This document shows positions 1-6,672 of a stretch of 31,775 nucleotides of DNA, piece after piece. The DNA is taken from NCBI GenBank assembly GCA_042216015.1, contig JBDGUI010000023.1, positions 1 through 31,775 of the forward strand, written 5' to 3'. Below the pieces are notes generated by a model that saw nothing but the letters and a program-made list of their open reading frames with translations, was not told where the DNA came from and ran no database searches. This DNA comes from Halodesulfurarchaeum sp. Lineage in GTDB: Archaea > Halobacteriota > Halobacteria > Halobacteriales > Halobacteriaceae. The position numbers and the translations under genes are program-made. Position 1 is the stretch's first letter. Every line of letters starts with the position of its first letter.

Positions 1-253
1 CCTCGCATTCCTTGGCCAAGCGAATCTCCCCCTCCTCCTCGTAGACGACCATCGGGACGACCATCGACTCGTGATCCCCGTCGGCCACGCAGGCCGGACA
101 GAGACTGTCGGTTACCTTGAGATACCTGTCCGCGTCCGGCGCGAGCCGCGTGGCCAGTTTATCCGGTTCCGAACAGTGGGTTGACCGGTTTGCTTCGACC
201 AATTCGGATTGTGCCGCCGATTGGTCCAGTGAAAGTCGGACATTGCCTTTCAT
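1..253 (-). CDS. Partial gene (N-terminal 84 codons; runs off the left edge): Tes/GDGT-MAS (MJ0619)-like radical SAM protein
   Basis: Not in the ORF track; hand-translated from ATG at 253: MKGNVRLSLDQSAAQSELVEANRSTHCSEPDKLATRLAPDADRYLKVTDSLCPACVADGDHESMVVPMVVYEEEGEIRLAKECE. TxSLCPxC ... V-Y-E-E-E-G-E-I-x-L-x-K-x-C matches the N-terminal rubredoxin-like metal site (TxSxCPxC...KxCxxHG) of the MJ0619/Tes family. The radical SAM core itself lies outside the window. Confidence 0.65.
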   Translation of the reverse strand, partial: MKGNVRLSLDQSAAQSELVEANRSTHCSEPDKLATRLAPDADRYLKVTDSLCPACVADGDHESMVVPMVVYEEEGEIRLAKECE

Positions 254-372
254 CACGTTACCCACCCACAAGAAAATATATGAGATCTATCACCAAAAAG
301 GTACGTTGAAAATGTGTTACACCTTACCAAATCCAGGGGTACGGCGGCAGCCTTTCGCCGACGACCCGATTC

Positions 373-1428
373 TCAGGCCCGATCCTCTTCGAACGATGAT
401 CTGTCGAGGGGCTGGTCGTGAACGCCCGATTCGGTCACGAGATGGTCGACGAGAGTCATCGGGGTCCTATCGAAGGCGGGGTTTCGAACCGGAACGTCCG
501 CCGGTGCATTCTGCGTGCCGTAAATCTCCCGGAGTTCGGTCGGATCTCGCTCCTCTATTTCGACATCGTCGGCGTTCCGATCGGTGTCGACGGTGGAATT
601 CGGGGCGGCAACGACGAACGGAATGTCGTGGCGATCCGCAAGCACCGCGTGCTTGTACGTCCCGATCTTGTTGAACACCACGCCCTGCTCACCGAAGGTG
701 GAGCCGCCATCGAGGACGACACGATCCGCTCCCACGACGACCGCGTCGATTTCTCCCTCCTGCATGAGGAGCCCACTCGCGTTGTCCGGGATCAGGGTCG
801 TTGGGACGTCCCGCTCCATGAGTTCCGTCGTCGTGATCCGTGATCCCTGGTTGAGTGGTCGCGTCTCGTTCGCGACGACGTCGATCTCCTTGCCGGCCTC
901 GCGAGCGGAGTACACGACCCCGAGCGCGGTTCCCCAGTCGACCGTCGCCAGTGCGCCAGCGTTACAGTGGGTCATGACCGTGTCCTCGGGCCCGAGCAAT
1001 GCGGCCCCGTGTTGCCCGATCGCCCGATTTCGCTCGACGTCCCGATCGGCGAGCGCTTCGGCCGCCTCGAGTGCCAGCCCACGAATCTCTGTGGGGACCT
1101 TTCCCTCCCGTGCCGCCGCAAGTGCCTCCTCGACGCCCCGTTCGAGATTGACGGCCGTCGGTCTGGCCGTCGCGATCCGTTCGGCGTCCCGTTCGACGGC
1201 CGCGAGCAGGGATTCCCGATCCGTCCCGGTGCGCCGATGGGCCGAGAGGGCAACGCCATACGCCCCGGCCGCACCCAGTGCCGGCGCGCCCCTGACCCGG
1301 AGCACCTCGATGCTCTCGACGAGTTCCGAGACCGTTTCGACCCGAACCCTCCGGATGTCCTCGGGAAGCGCCGTCTGATCGACCATCTCGATGCAGTCTC
1401 GGTCGGCGTCCCAGGAGATCGTCCGCAT
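373..1428 (-). CDS. mtnA: S-methyl-5-thioribose-1-phosphate isomerase (eIF2B-like family)
   Basis: Motifs DQTALP, VRGAPALG, ARPTAVNL, THCNAGALATVDWGTALG, ETRPLNQGSR, GADR, NKIGTY, NPAFDRTP. Start moved to MRTISWD (ATG at 1428). Confidence 0.9.
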   Translation of the reverse strand: MRTISWDADRDCIEMVDQTALPEDIRRVRVETVSELVESIEVLRVRGAPALGAAGAYGVALSAHRRTGTDRESLLAAVERDAERIATARPTAVNLERGVEEALAAAREGKVPTEIRGLALEAAEALADRDVERNRAIGQHGAALLGPEDTVMTHCNAGALATVDWGTALGVVYSAREAGKEIDVVANETRPLNQGSRITTTELMERDVPTTLIPDNASGLLMQEGEIDAVVVGADRVVLDGGSTFGEQGVVFNKIGTYKHAVLADRHDIPFVVAAPNSTVDTDRNADDVEIEERDPTELREIYGTQNAPADVPVRNPAFDRTPMTLVDHLVTESGVHDQPLDRSSFEEDRA

Positions 1429-1497
1429 ACCCCTGGATACCCCGGCCCGGCGTATCAATGTGCCCGGTTCGGCTGGCCAGATGCGCGAAACGCCCCC

Positions 1498-2199
1498 TCA
1501 CTGGGGATCTGTTCCATTTCGAGTGGCCGTATCGGACTGGCCGTAGGACTCGAATCGAGCGACTGCATCCTGGAACTCGTCCGTGGACACCTCCACCGGG
1601 TCACCGACCGAACTGGCCTGAACGTACACACGGGCCGTCGATTCGACCGCGATGGCGGTTTCGAGAGCGTCCGCCACATCGGAGCCCCCGGCGATCAATC
1701 CGTGATTCGCCAGCAAGCAGGCCGTTGTTCCAGCCTCTTCCATCGCACTGACGGCGTTTTCCGCGAGTTCCGTCGTCCCGAAGGGTGCATACGGTGCGAG
1801 GGGAACGGCTCCGCCCGCTGCCGCGAGCATATAGTGAACCGGTGGGAGTTCCTCCCCCAGGACGGCGAGCGTCGTCGCCCAGGGGGAGTGGACGTGGACG
1901 ATCGCACCGACCTCAAGGGATCGATAGATTCCGAGATGCATCGGGGTCTCCGAACTCGGCTCGAGCGAACCAGCGATTCGGTCGCCGTCGACGGAGAGAA
2001 CTGGAATAGCACCCGGTTCGATCTCCTCGTACGGAACTCCGGAGGGCGTGATCGCCACCATCTCGTCCGCGCGAACACTGAGGTTTCCGGTCCGGCCTGG
2101 AGTCAGTTCCGCGAGATCCGGAAGGAAAGTGACGACTGACTCCTGCAGTTCGGCAGTCGGTTTCGTCGCTCCTCCCCCTTCGGGATCCAAATCGCTCAT
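1498..2199 (-). CDS. Class II aldolase (FucA-like; candidate 5-deoxy/5-methylthio-ribulose-1-phosphate aldolase)
   Basis: GNLSVR, ITPSG, PSSETPMH, HVHSP (metal-binding His pair) and LANHG motifs; adjacent to mtnA. Confidence 0.85.
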   Translation of the reverse strand: MSDLDPEGGGATKPTAELQESVVTFLPDLAELTPGRTGNLSVRADEMVAITPSGVPYEEIEPGAIPVLSVDGDRIAGSLEPSSETPMHLGIYRSLEVGAIVHVHSPWATTLAVLGEELPPVHYMLAAAGGAVPLAPYAPFGTTELAENAVSAMEEAGTTACLLANHGLIAGGSDVADALETAIAVESTARVYVQASSVGDPVEVSTDEFQDAVARFESYGQSDTATRNGTDPQ

Positions 2200-2257
2200 G
2201 GACTGACTTGGAGGTCCGGGTCCTTCAGGCTACCCGAATGCGAAAATCGATCGCCAT

Positions 2258-3310
2258 TCACGTGACCACCTCGATCTCCCGCCCGCAGGGACAGGAATCC
2301 TCGAGATCGACGACCGGAGTCGAATCGAAACCTGCACGCCGAATCCAGGTCTGTCCGCAGTCGGGACAGACCGTCGAGTTGAACCGTTGATCGCGAATGT
2401 TTCCAACGTAGACGAACTCCAGACCCGCCTGGACGGCGATCTCGTGGGCCCGCTCGAGTGTCTCCATCGGGGTCGGTGGGCGATCCCGCATCTCGTGGTC
2501 GGGATGGAACCGGGAGAAGTGCACCGGAATCGATGGATCGATCCCAGCCACCCAGTCGGCGAACTCCCGGAGTTCTTCGGGGTCGTCATTGAGATCCGGA
2601 ATGACGAGGTAGGTGACCTCCAGGTGGATATCGCGCTCGGCGACCCGTTCGACCGAATCGAGGGTCGGCTGCAACTGGCTCCCCATGTACTTGCGATGGG
2701 GGTCCTCGCGGAATCCCTTGACGTCGATGTTGATGGCATCGATATGGGTCCCGACCTCTTCGAGGAACTCCTCGGTGAAGTACCCATTCGAGACGAGACT
2801 CGTATAAAGGCCAGCGTCCTGTGCGACGTTTGCGCCGTCCCTGACGTATTCGGCATAGATCGTCGGCTCGTTGTAGGTCCAGGCGATTCCGTCCGCGCCC
2901 TGTTCGATCGCGCTCTCCACGGCTTCCTCGGGTGAGACCTCCCGGAGTTCGAGTTCCTCTGGTGGACTGAACGCCAGATGGTTGTTCTGGCAGAACTGAC
3001 AGGCGAAATTACAGGACGCCCCGCCGAAACTCAGCACGTCCGATCCGGGCTCGTAGTGGTAGAGTGGCTTCTTCTCGACGGGATCGATCGTTCCAGCGGG
3101 GCCAACGGGCGTGTCGTAAACCTTCCCGTAGGTGAGCAACCGCAACTCCCCCTCGACGTTCTGTCGGACCCGACAGATCCCCCGTTGGCCCGGATCGAGG
3201 ACGCACCGATGGGCACACGCCGTGCACTCGACCAGATCACCATCACGCTCGGTGACGAGTGTCGCCCGCACGCCCTCGGTGTCCGGGGAAGCCGCGTTCG
3301 GAGACGACAT
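2258..3310 (-). CDS. amrS: AmmeMemoRadiSam-system radical SAM enzyme (PFL-activase-like)
   Basis: N-terminal CTACAHRC...GICRVR, IDPVEKKPLYHY, radical SAM triad CNFACQFCQN, TYNEPT, HFSRFHP, YVGN and C-terminal CPDC...CPC. Likely start MSSPN at 3310. Confidence 0.85.
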   Translation of the reverse strand: MSSPNAASPDTEGVRATLVTERDGDLVECTACAHRCVLDPGQRGICRVRQNVEGELRLLTYGKVYDTPVGPAGTIDPVEKKPLYHYEPGSDVLSFGGASCNFACQFCQNNHLAFSPPEELELREVSPEEAVESAIEQGADGIAWTYNEPTIYAEYVRDGANVAQDAGLYTSLVSNGYFTEEFLEEVGTHIDAINIDVKGFREDPHRKYMGSQLQPTLDSVERVAERDIHLEVTYLVIPDLNDDPEELREFADWVAGIDPSIPVHFSRFHPDHEMRDRPPTPMETLERAHEIAVQAGLEFVYVGNIRDQRFNSTVCPDCGQTWIRRAGFDSTPVVDLEDSCPCGREIEVVT

Positions 3311-3391
3311 CGGTGGGAGATATGCACTCCGGGGCAAAAGGTCGTTTGGCCAGTGGGCCACGCCGCCAGCAAGGAGGACAACCGGTAGATC

Positions 3392-4372
3392 TCAAAAGAG
3401 CGCTTCCGCTTCCGAAAGCACGGTGGCAGGCCCGCCGACCGACCACGTCCGCGTTTCGACGCCGACCTCCCTGACCGCCCGCTCGACACGGTCGACGTAC
3501 GCGCTGGTCGTGTTGACGTACACCGTCGCCCCCGTATCAGTCGAGAAGTATGCCGGAACCCCGTCCTCACGAAGTGTTCGAACCGCCTCGAAGATCTCCA
3601 GTGTCCGCGGCTTCCAGTAGATCCAGGCCTCGGGCCCGGTCATCGTCGTCGCGGCGAGACTCAGGGTGTCCTGCTCGGCGACGTCGAATGCCGTCTCGAA
3701 GTCACCCTCCCGAAGCGCCTGTCGCATCGCGGCCAGCTGGTCGTGAACGTGGGCCAGTCGTGACTGCCAGAGGTGGCTTTCGGTCGCCTCCTCGTGAGCC
3801 CATCCCGTCTCCTTGTAGGCCGGGACGATTCCGATCACGATGGCGAGGTCCTCCTCGAGGGGCGAGGGAATCCGCTCCGACCGGCAATCTTCGTCGGTCG
3901 TGCCGGCCCGGAGATCGGAGAAGCCACCGGTCACCGACCGGGCGGCCGAAGCGGAACCCAACCGGGCAATCGTCGAGATTTCGGGACGCGAGAGGTCGAG
4001 TCCGGCGGCGTCGACGGCTGCCATCGCGGCGGCGGCAAAGCCCGAGGACGAGGATCCGAGGCCCACGTTCGTCGGCATCGTGTTCTCGCTGACCAGTTCG
4101 ACCGGGCCGTCGAGAGCCGGGTCCTCGGCGATCGCTCGAACTCGGTCGAGAACCCGCTCGACCCGGGAGGCGCCCTCGCCAGTGAGTTCCTCGCCGTCGA
4201 GCACGTATCGCGAGGAATCGAGATCCGTGTCGAAGGAGACCGTGGTCACCGTCTCTGCCGGGGCCGTCGCGACGCTGATACTGTCGTGATACGGGAACCG
4301 AAGCGCCTCGTCGCGGAGCCCGTGGTACTTGACGAGTCCCTGGATGGGATGTGCCCGGGCGGTGGCCTTCAT
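3392..4372 (-). CDS. mvaD: Haloarchaeal-type ATP-dependent phosphomevalonate decarboxylase (GHMP kinase family)
   Basis: MKATARAHPIQGLVKYHG, PYHDSIS, GLGSSSSGFAA ATP loop, ARLGSASAARS, YFSTDTGATVYVNT. Start at ATG 4372; frame intact. Confidence 0.92.
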   Translation of the reverse strand: MKATARAHPIQGLVKYHGLRDEALRFPYHDSISVATAPAETVTTVSFDTDLDSSRYVLDGEELTGEGASRVERVLDRVRAIAEDPALDGPVELVSENTMPTNVGLGSSSSGFAAAAMAAVDAAGLDLSRPEISTIARLGSASAARSVTGGFSDLRAGTTDEDCRSERIPSPLEEDLAIVIGIVPAYKETGWAHEEATESHLWQSRLAHVHDQLAAMRQALREGDFETAFDVAEQDTLSLAATTMTGPEAWIYWKPRTLEIFEAVRTLREDGVPAYFSTDTGATVYVNTTSAYVDRVERAVREVGVETRTWSVGGPATVLSEAEALF

Positions 4373-4396
4373 GCTCGGGGAGGGGTGCGGACGGCG

Positions 4397-4403
4397 CATA
4401 AAC
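4397..4403 (-). promoter_or_regulatory. Putative TATA box of mvaD (leaderless transcript)
   Basis: Minus strand reads GTTTATG about 25 nt upstream of the mvaD ATG, the typical spacing for haloarchaeal leaderless mRNAs. Confidence 0.5.
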
Positions 4404-4445
4404 GTCACGCATGCCCGAATCCCTGCCCGTTTCGATGATCGGGAT

Positions 4446-5051
4446 TCACGCGCCGGACGAGTCCGGATCCCACCCAGCATATCGGTCGTGTTCCAGATCG
4501 AATCGATCGAGGACGGTCCCGACGATCCGGTCGATCACGTCCCCGATTCCCTGTGGATCGTAGTAAAAGCCAAGAACCGGTGGAACGACCGCGACGCCAC
4601 GCCGCCGGAGCGCAAGAAGGTTCTCGAGATGCGCCTCGTTGAGCGGGGATTCTCGGGGAACCACCACCAGTTGTCGGTCCTCCTTGAGCGTGACGTCTGC
4701 TGCCCGAACGAGCAGGTTTTCCGCATACCCGTTCGCGATCGCCGCGACGGACTTCATCGACCCCGGAACGACGACCATCCCGACCGTCTCGACGGTTCCG
4801 GAGGAGAGCGGCGCTGCCAGTTCGGAGCCATCATAGACGCGTTCGGAGGCCGTCTCGACGGTTTCCACCGTTGCCGCTTCCGAATCCGTTTCGTGGCTCA
4901 TCACCGCTCGCGCACCGTCCGTGAGAACCGTATGCACGGCGAAGTGCTCGCTCAGTGCCCGTATCGTTTCGATCCCGATCGGAATTCCCGAAGCACCCGA
5001 GAGCCCTACCACGAAGCGTTCCCGTTCGGATGTGCTAGCTGGCTCACTCAT
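4446..5051 (-). CDS. ubiX: Flavin prenyltransferase (prFMN synthase)
   Basis: VVGLSGASG, APLSSG, PGSMKSVAAIANG, RAADVTLKE, VPRESPL, PPVLGFY. Start MSEPAS at 5051 overlaps the upstream gene by 8 bp. Confidence 0.92.
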   Translation of the reverse strand: MSEPASTSERERFVVGLSGASGIPIGIETIRALSEHFAVHTVLTDGARAVMSHETDSEAATVETVETASERVYDGSELAAPLSSGTVETVGMVVVPGSMKSVAAIANGYAENLLVRAADVTLKEDRQLVVVPRESPLNEAHLENLLALRRRGVAVVPPVLGFYYDPQGIGDVIDRIVGTVLDRFDLEHDRYAGWDPDSSGA

Positions 5052-5469
5052 CGTCGAGTCGGGTGATCGTCCCCTCGGTCGCGTCGACCCGCACCCGGTC
5101 GCCATCCGAGAATCGGGAAACGGCGTCTTCGATGCAGTCGACACAGGGAACCTCGCCGAGAATGGCCCCGGTCGCGACGATGGTCTCGGTCTCATGGTTG
5201 ATTATCGCGGCCGGTGCGGTCCCCTCCTGTGCCAGCCCGTAGATGACGTACGAGCCGACCGTCGAGCCTTTCCCCCTCGGGAAAACGAGTACCTTTCCGG
5301 CGACGTTCTCCCCGGTCAGGTGATGGTCTTCCTCGATGAATTCGCCGGTCTTCGTCTCCACCGCTCCGTAGAAGCTGATCGGCTCCGGGGAGACCAGCAC
5401 CTCCCCCTCGCCGACGTCACCGGCGATGGGTCGCCCGTTCACCGTGACCGGGTCCTCGGTGTCGGTCAT
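5044..5469 (-). CDS. Phosphomevalonate dehydratase small subunit (aconitase X swiveling domain, DUF126)
   Basis: ISFYGAV..TG, HHLTGENVAGKVLVFPRGKGSTVGSYVIYGL, APAAII, IVATGAILGEVP; 4-bp overlap with the large subunit. Confidence 0.9.
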   Translation of the reverse strand: MTDTEDPVTVNGRPIAGDVGEGEVLVSPEPISFYGAVETKTGEFIEEDHHLTGENVAGKVLVFPRGKGSTVGSYVIYGLAQEGTAPAAIINHETETIVATGAILGEVPCVDCIEDAVSRFSDGDRVRVDATEGTITRLDDE

Positions 5470-6653
5470 TCCTCGATCGCCTCCTCGAGCAGCGAGAGCT
5501 TGTCGTCGAAGCGCACGGTCTGGTCGCCGAATCCGGGGAGGTAACTGGCCGCCTTCGCGGAGTCCGTGGCGGTCGACTCGTAGCCAAGCTCCTCGATCGG
5601 GGCGACCACGTTGCAGGTGTCACTGAGCACCATCCCACCCGCCTCCTCGATCGTCTCGGTGTAGCCCATCCGATCGGCCTGGGACTTCACCGAGTGACTG
5701 GTGCAGACCCAGAGATCCCGATCCAGGGACTCGCCCTCGAGCCGGTCTGCCACGGTCCCGATCTCGTCAACCGAGGAATGGGGGCAGCCGAACACGATGA
5801 GATCGGTGTCCCCGGTGTCGGAGAGGTCACTGTACTCCCGCTCGAGTTCGTCCGCCCCGAATTCGAGGGTTTCGGCGTTCTCGGGTGGATCACTCTCCGT
5901 CGTCACCCCCTCCACGAAGTGCAGGGCGACCGCGCCGGTCGCGGCCATCGCGGCCCCGAGGGACTTCAGCTGATCCGTTGTCGCTCTTTCGACGCCGGCG
6001 AAGTACGGGTTCCCGTCCTCGACGATCCGACCGGTCCAGGATCCCAGTGCGGCGAAGTCCGCCTGGGTCTCGAGTGGGGCATCGACCTCGATCAGGTGTG
6101 TCGGCTCGCGGTTTTCCTCGAGGTGGAGCCCGTATTTCGGGGTCCGGCCGGTGATCGCCGCCGCGAGCGCCGATGGGCCGCCCTCCCGGTTCGTCCGGGC
6201 GCCGATGACGCTGTTCGCAAACGAGACTGCGGATGATTCGGCCCACGCGATGTGCTCGTTCGGACCGGGAAGGTTGCCGGCGAGATACGGCGTACACGTG
6301 AACGAGACGGTCACACCCATCTCGGAGAGAGCGGCGACGATCCGTCGCTGTTTTTCGGCGAACGCCTCGTCGACTCCCATCTCCTGCCAGCGGTCGAGGT
6401 CCATCCCGGCCGGGTTCGCGAAGGTTTGCACCTGGACTGTGGCACCCTCCTCGGCGAACCCCTCGAGAAACTCGACGCCCGGGTCCCCAATCGATTTGTA
6501 GGAGATCCCGGAGGCCTGCGCCGAGCCGATCTCGACGAACTCCTCGGCGCCATAGATGTCCCCGAGCCTGAGGAGCAATTCCATCGACTTCCGTTCGGCC
6601 GGAACGTCGGATTCGAGAAGCGCTTCTTCCTCGGCAGTGAGATCCATTGACAT
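5466..6653 (-). CDS. Phosphomevalonate dehydratase large subunit (aconitase X catalytic domain, DUF521; Fe-S)
   Basis: SGISYKSIGDPG, NPAGMD, FTCTPYL, WAESSAVSFANSVIGARTNREGGPSALAAAITGRTP, FGCPH, DTCNVV, TDSAKAASY; three candidate Fe-S Cys ligands. Start at ATG 6653 or 6647. Confidence 0.9.
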   Translation of the reverse strand: MSMDLTAEEEALLESDVPAERKSMELLLRLGDIYGAEEFVEIGSAQASGISYKSIGDPGVEFLEGFAEEGATVQVQTFANPAGMDLDRWQEMGVDEAFAEKQRRIVAALSEMGVTVSFTCTPYLAGNLPGPNEHIAWAESSAVSFANSVIGARTNREGGPSALAAAITGRTPKYGLHLEENREPTHLIEVDAPLETQADFAALGSWTGRIVEDGNPYFAGVERATTDQLKSLGAAMAATGAVALHFVEGVTTESDPPENAETLEFGADELEREYSDLSDTGDTDLIVFGCPHSSVDEIGTVADRLEGESLDRDLWVCTSHSVKSQADRMGYTETIEEAGGMVLSDTCNVVAPIEELGYESTATDSAKAASYLPGFGDQTVRFDDKLSLLEEAIEE

Positions 6654-6672
6654 TGTTCGTTCTGTGGGTATC

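Noticed and set aside
373..1428. Ribose-1,5-bisphosphate isomerase or eIF2B subunit
   Set aside because: The THCNAGALATVDWGTALG signature and N-terminal DQTALP are MtnA-type.
3392..4372. mvaD as a decaying pseudogene replaced by the cassette
   Set aside because: Full-length frame with intact GHMP/decarboxylase motifs and a plausible promoter.
4446..5051. UbiX has PGSM instead of the usual PCSM
   Set aside because: The other substrate-binding motifs (SSG, RAADV.LKE, PRE.P, FY) are intact; a single substitution is not evidence of altered function.
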